Positions 1 to 9,272 of a stretch of DNA of 64,000 nucleotides are shown one piece after another. Under the pieces are notes generated by a model. The model worked only from the letters and a program-made list of their open reading frames with translations, had not been told where the DNA came from and did not search any database. Location of the stretch: the IMG/VR virus record IMGVR_UViG_3300017963_000254, positions 10,516 to 74,515 of that record. The stretch is one strand, 5' to 3'. A program made the translations under genes and the position numbers. Source of the stretch: a virus. The first letter of the stretch is position 1, and each line of letters begins with the position of its first letter.

Positions 1-18
1 CAGAAGAAGCCTGTCACG

Positions 19-1275
19 GTGCTACCCGACCTGACCCTGGTGGACGGCTACACGCGTGTCGAGCTGCTGAAGGAGCTGGGCGTCGAGCGGATCATGTACG
101 AGGTCGTGGACGCCTTCCCGACCGATGCCGAGCTGCACCTCTACGCGATCTCGACCAACCTCGAGCGGCGCCAGCTAGACGACTTCCAGCGCGGGGAGCT
201 GATCCTCTCGCGCCAGGCGATCGTTGATCGGGTCCAGGCCGAGGCGGCGAAGGCCAAGGCAGCTGGACAGCGGAAGGGCGGCGCGGCCACCAAGGGAGTG
301 CCGAAGCGGAAGAAGGACGCACCGGAACGCTCCGGGAACACTCGTCCCCCGAGCGTTCGGAAGGAGGAGGATCGAGGTCCGCGCTCTCGCGATGTGCTCG
401 CCAAGGCCGGTGGCCTGAAGTCGGGCCGGCAGCTCGAGAAGATCGCCAAGATCAAGAAGGCCGGCTCCACCGAGCAGCAGGAGCGGGTGCGCTCGAAGAA
501 GGCCACGATCAACCAGGTCTACAACGAGATCCGCAAGGCGGAGAGGGCCAAGGAGGCCGCGAAGAAGGCCGCGAAGGTCAAGGACGAGGAGCTGGGCGGC
601 CGGATCATCTGCGCCGACGCCTTCGAGATGGAGATCGAGCACCCCGGCACCGTGGACCTGGTGATCGTGGACCCGCCCTACGGGATCGCCCACGAGGGCA
701 AGGGCATCAAGCAGGCCGGCGTCATGGTCTCCGTCTCGGAGGCGCTCTCCGAGTGGGGCCTGGAGGACGGCGTCGCGATCCTGACCGACAGCCTGGTGCT
801 CATCGACAAGCTGCTGCGAGAAGGCGGGTCGTTCTACCTGTTCATCGACCGGCTGCTGGTGACGACGGCGTGGGACGTCGCGCTCCAGCTGAAGCTGAAG
901 CCGCGCAACACGGTCTACTGGCGTAAGACGAACCCGACGCCGTCCGGCCGAGGCAATTGGTCGTCGGCGGTCGAGGTCATGATCTACGGAACCAAGCCGG
1001 GGAAGAAGCATACGTGGAACCTGTCCGGTGACGCTCCCAACTTCATCGAGACACCGGTGGCCGCCGGCAAGGAGCGTGTCGATCACCCGACCCAGAAGCC
1101 GGTGAAGCTCTACTCGAAGCTCATCGAGGCCAGCTCCAACCCCGGTGACCTGGTCTGCGACTTCATGGCCGGGTCTGGGACGTGCGGGGTCGCGGCCCGC
1201 GAGCTGAAGCGCCCGTTCGTGCTCGTGGAGAAGCTGAAGAAGAACGTGAACACCATCAAGGCGAGGTTGGCATGA
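19..1275 (+). CDS. DNA N6-adenine/N4-cytosine methyltransferase with ParB-like N-terminal region (may start upstream of the window)
   Basis: Catalytic DPPY (IVDPPYG), HPTQKP and SAM-binding DFMAGSGT motifs; N-terminal 'VDGYTR...NLERRQL' resembles ParB/Srx. Confidence 0.88.
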   Translation: MLPDLTLVDGYTRVELLKELGVERIMYEVVDAFPTDAELHLYAISTNLERRQLDDFQRGELILSRQAIVDRVQAEAAKAKAAGQRKGGAATKGVPKRKKDAPERSGNTRPPSVRKEEDRGPRSRDVLAKAGGLKSGRQLEKIAKIKKAGSTEQQERVRSKKATINQVYNEIRKAERAKEAAKKAAKVKDEELGGRIICADAFEMEIEHPGTVDLVIVDPPYGIAHEGKGIKQAGVMVSVSEALSEWGLEDGVAILTDSLVLIDKLLREGGSFYLFIDRLLVTTAWDVALQLKLKPRNTVYWRKTNPTPSGRGNWSSAVEVMIYGTKPGKKHTWNLSGDAPNFIETPVAAGKERVDHPTQKPVKLYSKLIEASSNPGDLVCDFMAGSGTCGVAARELKRPFVLVEKLKKNVNTIKARLA

Positions 1276-1850
1276 GCGCTTTCTTCTGCACCTGCGGCCG
1301 GAAGATCCCCGACAACCTGGTGATCCGCCTCATCCAAGGCGGCGTCACGCTCGACTGCACCGACTGCGGGAAGAAGTGGACTCGCGGCGCGATCCTCGAC
1401 CACGGGCTCCAGTGCCCGGTCTGCTCGAGCCGGCTCCAGCGATACCACCGGAAGATCAACTCGGGGATGGCGCGTGTCCTGTTCGAGCTGTGGTCGCTCT
1501 CGGAGCGCGACCTGACCGCCGAGTGGTGGCACCATCGCCAGTTCGATCGCTTCGGCTCGCGCGAGGTCCACAAGCTCGTCTGGTGGCGCTTCGTCGAGCA
1601 GAAGCCAGCCGATCCAGAGGAGACGAAGAAGAAGACGTCCGGCTACTGGCGAATCACCGAGGAGGGCCGCAAGTACGCGTCCGGCCTTTCGGCTGCCAAG
1701 CCGATCGCGATCGTCTACCAGGGAAAGCTGGTCGGCTTCGAGGGAACGCCGGAGCGAATCAGCGGTGCGTTCGGCGAGAAGTTCGACTACGGCGAGCTGA
1801 TGACGGCGCACAAGGCAGGTGAGCTGACGGCGACGACGGGGGCCTCGTAG
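1272..1850 (+). CDS. Hypothetical Zn-finger/winged-helix protein
   Basis: ATGA overlap with the upstream stop; CxC, CxxC, CxxC motifs; 'YWRITEEG' wing-like segment. Confidence 0.6.
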   Translation: MSAFFCTCGRKIPDNLVIRLIQGGVTLDCTDCGKKWTRGAILDHGLQCPVCSSRLQRYHRKINSGMARVLFELWSLSERDLTAEWWHHRQFDRFGSREVHKLVWWRFVEQKPADPEETKKKTSGYWRITEEGRKYASGLSAAKPIAIVYQGKLVGFEGTPERISGAFGEKFDYGELMTAHKAGELTATTGAS

Positions 1851-1920
1851 AACACTCGGGCGCGGGGGAGGTCCCCGCGTCTTCCAGGCAAGCCCAGGCG
1901 AAAAGCTAGGAGGTGAGGCG

Positions 1921-2097
1921 ATGTCCGGCGGTGCGTATGGCGTGCGAGCGAGTGAGAGGGAGAAGGCGAGGATCATGAGGCTCCACGAGGAGGGGCTGAA
2001 CTACGAACAGATCGCTCGGCGGTTCGACCTTACCGCGAGGTCGGTCTCGAGGATCGTCAAGCGAGAGAAGGCGAAGGGAGAGAAGCAGCCGGCGTGA
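1921..2097 (+). CDS. Small helix-turn-helix protein (58 aa, below the ORF-track cutoff)
   Basis: AGGAGGTGA Shine-Dalgarno; translates MSGGAYGVRASEREKARIMRLHEEGLNYEQIARRFDLTARSVSRIVKREK... Confidence 0.7.
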   Translation: MSGGAYGVRASEREKARIMRLHEEGLNYEQIARRFDLTARSVSRIVKREKAKGEKQPA

Positions 2098-2366
2098 GTC
2101 TCGTTCGGGCGTCGTGCCAGTTCTGTCGCGGTCCGGTCTGGGCGGATGACCGGGGTACGATGGAGCTGCACAAGGACGCAAGGGGCGCGACATGTGAGGG
2201 GGCAGGCCGCCGGATTGACCGGAGCCTGATCCCCTCATGGCACCCGATGCACTCGTGCGGGATTCACTGCGACGGCCAGGACGGCATGTTCTCTCGCTGC
2301 AACCAGGCGAGGCTGCGAGGGCCACCGTCGGCTGTCGATCAACTCAGCAAGCTGGTGGATGAATGA
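2094..2366 (+). CDS. Hypothetical Cys/His-rich protein ending in the SAVDQL motif
   Basis: GTGA overlap; C-terminal PSAVDQLSKLVDE. Confidence 0.6.
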   Translation: MSLVRASCQFCRGPVWADDRGTMELHKDARGATCEGAGRRIDRSLIPSWHPMHSCGIHCDGQDGMFSRCNQARLRGPPSAVDQLSKLVDE

Positions 2367-2749
2367 GCAAGCTGCGTCGGCAACGAGCGTTCGAGGACGC
2401 CGAGATCCAGTCCAAGCTCCCCGAGGCCGACGCGCCTCAGTCGCGCGCGGTCAGCGCTGGCGATGTTTCTGGCGATCTGCTCACGACCGATGATGTCCAC
2501 CAGCCCTATTGGAACCTGGTGGACTACGGCTTCGACGAGCAGATCGGCCGGCGGTCTTACGACTCCTACCGATCCAGGCTCACCATGGTCTGGTCCGAGA
2601 TCGACCGCGTGCTTGCGCCGAACGGGAAGTTCTGCCTGAACGCGCCGATCATGCCGCTGCGGAAGGCGGTCTCGGCCGAGCACTTCGGCAAGACGCACAC
2701 GCGGCTGCTCGAAGAGCCATGCGGAGTGAGCCAACTGAGAGCGCGATGA
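2363..2749 (+). pseudogene. Degenerate DNA methyltransferase fragment
   Basis: 'PYWNLVDYG..QIG...VWSEIDRVLAPNGKFCLN' resembles the N4/N6 MTase segment after SPPY; the catalytic motif reads HQPY and the SAM-binding half is missing. Confidence 0.55.
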
Positions 2750-2975
2750 CCAGGGCGACACGGCCACCGGTTCTCGCTTATCTGTAGTAGTTGCAGTAGG
2801 TTGCTTCTCCAAGAGGTCTTGCGTAACCTCTTTAGATTCGTCCGACTTCGTACACAAGATGCCAGCGATGTGTGCTGTCAGCGAACAAGTGCGTCGTGGC
2901 ATTTTGTGAGCCCACTTGATTCCGCTTGGGAGTTGGCGTAGAACCTGAGCGGAACGGTCTCCGACTGGAGGCTGA

Positions 2976-3965
2976 ATGGGAGAGGCAGAGAAAAGAAAAG
3001 TCATCCTTCGAAGCAGGTCTAGGAGCCGGAAGATCGTAACCGAGATCATTACGATCGCGCCGTCGCAGGCCGCGCTGATTCTCGAACACCAGAACTATCT
3101 GAACAGGACGTTGGTCGAGGAGAGGGCAAAGACCCTCGCCAAGCTGATGACAGACGGCCTGTGGAAGATGAACGGTGACACGATTCGGTTTGCCATTGGG
3201 TCTGTGCGGCTGATGGACGGTCAGCATCGGCTGCGCGCTTGCGTGATCTCCGGGATCCCTCTCACGGTGATCGCGGTGTTCAACCTGCCCGATGACGCGA
3301 TGCCGACTATCGACACAGGTGGCGGCAGGACTGCCGCGCAAGCGCTGAACCTCGACCACAAGCAGCGGTTCGGCAAGGGATTCAAGAACGCCAACGTGAC
3401 CGCAGCGGTCGTTCGGCTCCTACACGCCTACGACGCTGACCCGCAGATGCCGGCCGTGAACAGGGGTAACTGGGGGAAGATGGCTCCGATTCGCGTAGTC
3501 GGCGCTGTCGACGACTATCCTCGCCTCGACGAGTCCGTCGCGATCGGCGTCGCTGGCGCAAAGGGGTTCTCTCGCACGGGCATGACGGCGACGGTCATGG
3601 GCTTCGCTCACTACGTGTTCGCGCGGATGAATCGGAAGAGGGCGGACGAGTTCATGGAGGGTCTGATAACAGGTGCGGAGCTGGCGATCGACGCGCCGGC
3701 CTTCGCGCTTCGCAAACGACTCAGCGGCAACACAAGCACCAACCGCCGGGATGGGCCGCTCGGGGCATTCGACGCGATCTACATGATCTTCCAGGCGTGG
3801 CGCTACTTCTGGAGCGGTGTTCCTCTCCAGAAGTCTCAGACGGCGAAGGCGACCAAGGACGGGTCCAGGCCGGCGCTGCCGGATCTCTCGAAGAAGGTCA
3901 CCGAAAAGGAGCGGACCCCTGTGGTCCGCTCCAAGAGGAAGGGTCGACAGAAGTCGACCGTTTAA
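2976..3965 (+). CDS. ParB/Srx-like domain protein
   Basis: NGDTI and LMDGQHRL motifs; GGAGG SD. Confidence 0.7.
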   Translation: MGEAEKRKVILRSRSRSRKIVTEIITIAPSQAALILEHQNYLNRTLVEERAKTLAKLMTDGLWKMNGDTIRFAIGSVRLMDGQHRLRACVISGIPLTVIAVFNLPDDAMPTIDTGGGRTAAQALNLDHKQRFGKGFKNANVTAAVVRLLHAYDADPQMPAVNRGNWGKMAPIRVVGAVDDYPRLDESVAIGVAGAKGFSRTGMTATVMGFAHYVFARMNRKRADEFMEGLITGAELAIDAPAFALRKRLSGNTSTNRRDGPLGAFDAIYMIFQAWRYFWSGVPLQKSQTAKATKDGSRPALPDLSKKVTEKERTPVVRSKRKGRQKSTV

Positions 3966-3983
3966 CCAGGAAACCGTTCCCAG

Positions 3984-4018
3984 AACCGCCGCCGCGATAC
4001 CGGCGGCGGTTTTGTTTT
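3984..4018 (+). terminator. Rho-independent terminator
   Basis: AACCGCCGCCG-CGATAC-CGGCGGCGGTT hairpin followed by a T-rich tract, just after the 3965 stop. Confidence 0.85.
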
Positions 4019-4096
4019 ATCAGAACGACGCTTTTCTGCCAATAGTCGGCGAATTTGCAAGATGCGCCGTCAGAGCGGTCGGGTAGAGTAGGGGTC

Positions 4097-4420
4097 ATGA
4101 CCGCCGACATCTGGCCGCCGCCCGGCTACTTCTGGTCCAAGAACCCGACCATCACGACGCGGGACAGGACCGACGTGCTCGTTCCGCTCGAGGCCGTAGC
4201 TCTCGGCGAGGTGATGCGCTACCAGCTGCCCGAGACGCCGGCCGAGCCGGGCTCTGTCTTCGTGGACGGCCATCTCTACTCGCTGGCGACCGGCGAGCTG
4301 CTCGACCAGGACGGGACGCTCGCCGGCTCGGTGGACTTCGATACGGGGATGATCGAGATCGACACCTCCGTGAGCCCCGGCCTCAGCTCGCGCCGCGCCC
4401 AGTATGTCGTCGCGGCTTGA
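4097..4420 (+). CDS. Hypothetical protein with a virion structural beta-domain-like segment
   Basis: 'PGSVFV...GTLAGSVDFDTGMIEI' pattern, similar to 56496-56951. Confidence 0.5.
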   Translation: MTADIWPPPGYFWSKNPTITTRDRTDVLVPLEAVALGEVMRYQLPETPAEPGSVFVDGHLYSLATGELLDQDGTLAGSVDFDTGMIEIDTSVSPGLSSRRAQYVVAA

Positions 4421-4631
4421 GGTGACCGGCGAGTTCGGCCAGGTCGATACGCCAAACGGTCCGATCTCCAAGCACTACGACGTCGCGATGGAGCCGCTCC
4501 GCGTCCTGCTCATGGAGCCGTCAGCGATCGATCGGCTCGCTGCGCTCGAGGATCCAGAGATCGCCGCGCGAGTGGAGCGGGCCGACCGCTTCCAGTCCTA
4601 CTACGGCGTGATAGACGTCACGGCGCTCTAG
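4404..4631 (+). CDS. Small hypothetical protein with SAIDRLA motif
   Basis: Fills the operon gap; EPSAIDRLAALED. Confidence 0.55.
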   Translation: MSSRLEVTGEFGQVDTPNGPISKHYDVAMEPLRVLLMEPSAIDRLAALEDPEIAARVERADRFQSYYGVIDVTAL

Positions 4632-4633
4632 CT

Positions 4634-4648
4634 GGGTAGAACGAGGGA
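4634..4648 (+). promoter_or_regulatory. GGGTAGAAC-N6-ATG putative leaderless promoter (one of many copies)
   Basis: TAGAAC at 4637-4642, 6 nt before ATG 4649; same spacing at starts 5321, 47122, 51660, 58648, 62043, 63088. Confidence 0.65.
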
Positions 4649-5311
4649 ATGGAGTCCTTCTACCCCAGTGCGATCGTCTCCGGTGGGCAGACGGGGGCCG
4701 ACCGTGGTGCCCTGATCGCCGCCGCGATCCTCGGTTACCTCCACGGCGGCTGGTGCACCGACGACCGGAAGGCCGAGGACGGCAAGATCCCCGACTGCTA
4801 CCCGATGACGCCGTGCGGATCGAATCGCTACCCCGACCGGACGCGCATGAACGTCGAGTGCTCCGACGCGACGATCGTGTTCACCAGGGAGGAGCATCCG
4901 AGCGGTGGGTCGGCGCTGACCTTGAAGCTGGTGCAGGAGAACCGCCGGCCCGGGATGCACGTGTGGCTCGAGCCCGACCGGCCGAAGGAGTCCAACGCCC
5001 GGGTGGCTCGGGTGATCCGGGCCTGGCTGGCCGAGGTCCGGCCCCGGGACCTGAACATCGCCGGCCAGCGCGAGAGCAAGGCTCCGGGGATCCAGAACCA
5101 GGTCGCAGAGGTGATGCTGCTGGCCCTCCAGAGGCCCTCTCGCTGCCTCTGCGGGCGTGAAATCCCTGATTCGGCCTGGGAGTCGGCCAGGCCCCAGAAC
5201 AAGCCGCTCGCGTGCTCCCAGTGCGGCCACGAGACCCGGTGGAGCGACTTCGACCTGACCGGCGTAAGTCTTTCAGAATCGGTGACAACCTACGTCGGCT
5301 CCTCGGGGTAG
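4649..5311 (+). CDS. SLOG-superfamily (circularly permuted YpsA/'molybdenum carrier'-like) protein with C-terminal Zn ribbon
   Basis: SGGQTGADRGAL, RTRMNVECSDAT and LNIAGQRES motifs. Confidence 0.8.
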   Translation: MESFYPSAIVSGGQTGADRGALIAAAILGYLHGGWCTDDRKAEDGKIPDCYPMTPCGSNRYPDRTRMNVECSDATIVFTREEHPSGGSALTLKLVQENRRPGMHVWLEPDRPKESNARVARVIRAWLAEVRPRDLNIAGQRESKAPGIQNQVAEVMLLALQRPSRCLCGREIPDSAWESARPQNKPLACSQCGHETRWSDFDLTGVSLSESVTTYVGSSG

Positions 5312-5320
5312 AACGTAGGC
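5306..5320 (+). promoter_or_regulatory. GGGTAGAAC-N6-ATG motif overlapping the upstream TAG stop
   Basis: TAGAAC at 5309-5314, then GTAGGC, then ATG 5321; no SD. Confidence 0.65.
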
Positions 5321-6787
5321 ATGAGTTCTGCGTCTACGGTCGCGATCATGCGCGGTGAGCTGGGCATCCACCTCAGCGAGCTGGACGACGATCAGCGAGA
5401 GTTACTCGAGCAACAGCTGACCCTGGTCTCGAGGCCCTGGGGCGACAACCCGCCCAAGACGGTCCGCTGCTACCAGGAGAAGGACGGCCGCCTCTGGATC
5501 CCGCGCCACTTCGAGCCGATGTCGATGTGGCAGCTCGTGGACAGCTGGGAGTGGAGCACCGGCCGCCATCATCAGTTCCAGGTCCAGGCGAAGCTCGACC
5601 CCGAGCGCGGTCAGGTCAGGGCTGTGCCGGCGATGATCGAGTACCTCAAGCGACACGGCGCCGGCGTCCTTCGTTCTGGCACAGGCACAGGCAAGACCGT
5701 GGTGGGGCTGATCATTGGCGCGGCCTTCGAGTGCTTCATCGGGATCCCGGTCTACAACGGGCACATGATGGACCACTGGACCGAGGACGCGATGAAGGTG
5801 CTCGGCCTGTCCGAGGACGACATCGGAATCGTGCAGAGCGACCGCTGCGATCTGGGCAAGCCGGTCACGATCATGATGGTCCAGAGCCTCCTCGCGCGCA
5901 GGTACCCGGACGAGCTGTACGAGCAGATCGGCTTCCTGATCGGCGATGAGACGCCGCACTTCGGCGCACCCGAGTGGAAGGCGACCGTGGGGATGTTCCC
6001 GGCGCGCTACCGCCTCGGCCTCACGGCCGATCCGAAACGGAAAGACGGCCTCGGCGCGTTGATCAACTGGACGTTCGGCGAGGTCGGCTACACCGCCAGG
6101 CGCGTCCGCACGAAGGACATCAAGCCGCCGACCGTGACGGCGATCTTCTGGAAGAAGACCTACCCATGGGGCTCCTACTGCAAGTGGGAGAAGGACTCGA
6201 CCGGTCAGTGGGCGATGGGCGACGAGGGGCACCCGTCCAAGTACGACAACGTGCTTGCCGCCGACGAAGATCGCACCAGGATGCTCGTGGCGGAGATCAA
6301 GAACGCGGCCGTCAAACAGCGGTCGATCTTGGTGTTCTCGGCGCGCGTCGAGCACTTGGTGGAGATGCGGGAGCTGCTGGCACGCCAGCTTGACCCGCCG
6401 ACGGCGATCGAGAGACTAGCGCAGCTCCGGGCACCGCCGCCGAACCTACCCGTGCTTGGTCACCTGAAGAGCGGCCTGAAGAAGAGTCAACGGGAGTGGG
6501 TGCTCAAGGCGGACATCATCTTCGCGACCTACGCGATGGCGCGGGACGCGTTCAACGCGCCCAAGCTCGACACCGAGTTCTTCGCCACGCCTCCGGGCGA
6601 TGTCGAGCAGCCCGCCGGCCGTCTCCGCGAGAAAGCCGAGGACCACGACCGCAAGCCGCTGATGATCGTGGAGGTCTACGAGGATACGCCCTACGGACGC
6701 GAGAAGTGGGTCAAGCGGCGCGACTGGTACAGGCAGCGAGGCTTCAAGGTCCAGGAGGTCACCCGGACTCCGAGGAGACGCAAGTGA
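5321..6787 (+). CDS. Superfamily 2 DExH helicase (UvsW/XPB-like)
   Basis: Walker A GTGTGKT, Walker B DETPH, motif III LTAD, motif VI QPAGR. Confidence 0.88.
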   Translation: MSSASTVAIMRGELGIHLSELDDDQRELLEQQLTLVSRPWGDNPPKTVRCYQEKDGRLWIPRHFEPMSMWQLVDSWEWSTGRHHQFQVQAKLDPERGQVRAVPAMIEYLKRHGAGVLRSGTGTGKTVVGLIIGAAFECFIGIPVYNGHMMDHWTEDAMKVLGLSEDDIGIVQSDRCDLGKPVTIMMVQSLLARRYPDELYEQIGFLIGDETPHFGAPEWKATVGMFPARYRLGLTADPKRKDGLGALINWTFGEVGYTARRVRTKDIKPPTVTAIFWKKTYPWGSYCKWEKDSTGQWAMGDEGHPSKYDNVLAADEDRTRMLVAEIKNAAVKQRSILVFSARVEHLVEMRELLARQLDPPTAIERLAQLRAPPPNLPVLGHLKSGLKKSQREWVLKADIIFATYAMARDAFNAPKLDTEFFATPPGDVEQPAGRLREKAEDHDRKPLMIVEVYEDTPYGREKWVKRRDWYRQRGFKVQEVTRTPRRRK

Positions 6788-7290
6788 GCGGCGGCGACTG
6801 GGCGCAGTTCGTCAGCTACGACTCGGCCGAGGCGCGTCAACGCGCGCTCGAGAGAAAGCGCAAGCGCTACAAGACCGATGAGGAGTACCGCGAGTCGAAG
6901 CGAGCGTCGGCGCGGGCGCGATACAAGCCGAAGGGCCGGAAGGAGCGAAGCGGCCGGGGCCGCAACAGGCCGCGTCCGTACCCCTACGAGGGCCGGGTGA
7001 TCCTCCTCGTCGGGTTGGGCCAGCTCTCCGACGCAACCGGCGTCAGCAAGTCGACCTTACGACGCTACGAGGAGAAGGAGATCATTCCCATCAACCGGAT
7101 CATCGATGCGCGCGGCCGGCGCTGGTACCCGAAGGAGTTTGTGACCTGGCTCGCGCCGCTCCTGCTCGGCCAGGCCCAGAAGAGAGAGCCCCACTGGCGT
7201 CTGAGGACCCGGGTAGAACGTGAGTGGAAGAAGGCTCTGGCCAAGGGTATGCCCGTCCTGAAGGAGGCACGAGATGAGCGAGACGACTGA
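6784..7290 (+). CDS. MerR-like HTH DNA-binding protein
   Basis: 'LGQLSDATGVSKSTLRRYEEKEIIP...GRRWY'; GTGA overlap. Confidence 0.72.
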   Translation: MSGGDWAQFVSYDSAEARQRALERKRKRYKTDEEYRESKRASARARYKPKGRKERSGRGRNRPRPYPYEGRVILLVGLGQLSDATGVSKSTLRRYEEKEIIPINRIIDARGRRWYPKEFVTWLAPLLLGQAQKREPHWRLRTRVEREWKKALAKGMPVLKEARDERDD

Positions 7291-7636
7291 GGTTACGACC
7301 CCTTCGATTGTTGCGGCGACCACGATCACGGTCCTGCGCACCGTCAAGGTGGGGACGGAGGACTCGGACGGTGAGTCCGAGCTGACCGAGACCATCGAGG
7401 TCCACAAGTTCGCCGTGCCGCCGGCCATCGCCAAGGCCGGGCTGTCCGTGAGGAAGAGCAAGCAGACCGTGCGCGGCGACTGGGTCGCCGGCGAGGTCAC
7501 GCTCGGCGCCGACCGGCCCTGCTACATGGAAGAGCTGCCCCAGGCCGCCGAGGTCGCCTACGACCTGGTCAAGGAGCGGATGCAGGTCGAGCTGCCGAAG
7601 ATGCTCGCGGCGCTGGACCAGCTGGCCAAGTCCTGA
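7274..7636 (+). CDS. Hypothetical protein
   Basis: AGGAGG SD; coupled to recA. Confidence 0.6.
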   Translation: MSETTEVTTPSIVAATTITVLRTVKVGTEDSDGESELTETIEVHKFAVPPAIAKAGLSVRKSKQTVRGDWVAGEVTLGADRPCYMEELPQAAEVAYDLVKERMQVELPKMLAALDQLAKS

Positions 7637-8874
7637 TGGCGGCTGCCAAGAAGAAGACCGCCAAGAAGACCAAGAGGCCGGCCGTGAAGAAGGCGGCGCC
7701 CAAGAAGGCGGCCAAGAAGAAGGACGAAGACGGATTCGCCGCGTTCACGGCCAAGGCCAAGAAGGCGTGGCCGGACACGATCATCGTCGCGTCCGAGGGC
7801 GTGCAGGAGATCCCCTGCTTCTCGACAGGCAACATCGGCCTCGACATCGCGACGTTCGGCGGCTGGCGGCGTGGGCGCATCCACCGGATCTACGGGCTCG
7901 AGAAGGCCGGCAAGACGGGCACGATGCTCAACTCGGTCCGCGCCTGGCAGCGGCACTGCGGGCTCTGCTACGAGCGCGGCCCATGCGAGCACGGGAAGGT
8001 GTCCGGCGTGGATCGGCCGAAGGCGGCGGCCCTCTACATCGACGCCGAGCACCGGCTGGCCGACATGTGGAAGCGGGTTGCCGACCACGGAATCGACCTG
8101 GACCGGATCCTTGTCCAGCAGCCGCCGACCGGCCAGCACGTCGTGGACTTCGTGGACTCGGCCCTTCGAGAGAAGGGCGCGAACATCGGGCTCGTCATCG
8201 TCGATTCGATCGCGCACATCGTGTCGAAGGAGGAGATCGAGAAGGCGACCATGAAGGGCCGCACGATGGCCGTCAACGCGCAGCTCATCAACAAGGCCGT
8301 GCGCAAGTGGACGGCGGCAGTCTGCTCGCTCGGCATCTCGACCGCGAAGAAGCCGACGATTCTCCTGGTCAATCAGCTGAGGCAGTCTCCCGACCAGTAC
8401 GTGAAAGAGGTCCAAACGGGCGGCAAGGGTCTCGACTACGCGACCAGCCTCGACCTGCGCCTATCCGCCGGTAAGTACCACTACGTGGTGCCGACCAAGG
8501 ACGGCAAGGGGTGGGAGGACAAGATCCCCAAGTTCGGCCCACAGGGCTGGAAGCCGGACGCCGACGCCGCGCCGGACTACGTGGAGATCAACTACCGCGT
8601 GACGAAGTCCGGCGTCTGCCCGAACGGGCGCTTCGGATCGTTCCAGTACTGGCTGCGGCCGACGCACGGGCGCCGGATCGGCGACCCAGACAACATGGGC
8701 CGGCTGTGGGAGTACGCGAGGAAGTACCTCATGGAGAAGGTCGGTGGCAGCTACACCATCCTCGGTATCGAGGCCAGCACGCAGAACAAGCTGAAGCAGA
8801 AGTTCACTCACGATCCAGATGCCGTCGAGAAGGCGTGGACGGCCCTTGTGGCGGTGCTGTCGGAGTTGTCGTGA
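7636..8874 (+). CDS. recA: RecA-like recombinase
   Basis: STGNIGLDIA..GG..RGRI, P-loop YGLEKAGKT, YIDAEH, IVDSIA, NQLR, TGGKGLDY; Lys/Ala-rich N-terminal tail. Confidence 0.92.
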   Translation: MAAAKKKTAKKTKRPAVKKAAPKKAAKKKDEDGFAAFTAKAKKAWPDTIIVASEGVQEIPCFSTGNIGLDIATFGGWRRGRIHRIYGLEKAGKTGTMLNSVRAWQRHCGLCYERGPCEHGKVSGVDRPKAAALYIDAEHRLADMWKRVADHGIDLDRILVQQPPTGQHVVDFVDSALREKGANIGLVIVDSIAHIVSKEEIEKATMKGRTMAVNAQLINKAVRKWTAAVCSLGISTAKKPTILLVNQLRQSPDQYVKEVQTGGKGLDYATSLDLRLSAGKYHYVVPTKDGKGWEDKIPKFGPQGWKPDADAAPDYVEINYRVTKSGVCPNGRFGSFQYWLRPTHGRRIGDPDNMGRLWEYARKYLMEKVGGSYTILGIEASTQNKLKQKFTHDPDAVEKAWTALVAVLSELS

Positions 8875-9272
8875 GCGGGCCTCGCTACTTCGACGAGGTT
8901 CACGAGGCCGAGGGGCCGGACTACTTCGGCAAGGAGAACAGGCCGAAGACCGGCGACTGGAAACAGCACGAGAAGGACATCGCCGAGCGCACAGGCGATC
9001 AACAAGTGCGCGGGTCCGGCAATCAGCCCGGCCGGCCTGGTGACACGATGGGGGCCGACTTCCTCCGCGACGGAAAACTGTCGCACGGGGCCGGGATCAC
9101 GATCAAGGCCAGCTGGCTCAGGAAGCTCATCGAGGAGGCTCTCAGCATGGGGAAGCGTCCCGTGCTCGAGGTCAGACTCGAGGGCGCCGAGACGCCTGTT
9201 CCTCGGGACTGGGTGTTCGTTCCTGCGGCCGACTACGACGACCTACAGGAGCGCGCCGGATGGTCGACATAG
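8871..9272 (+). CDS. Putative Holliday-junction resolvase (PD-(D/E)XK-like)
   Basis: 'E..IA...G...RGSG...PGD.....LRDGK' pattern; follows recA. Confidence 0.6.
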   Translation: MSGPRYFDEVHEAEGPDYFGKENRPKTGDWKQHEKDIAERTGDQQVRGSGNQPGRPGDTMGADFLRDGKLSHGAGITIKASWLRKLIEEALSMGKRPVLEVRLEGAETPVPRDWVFVPAADYDDLQERAGWST

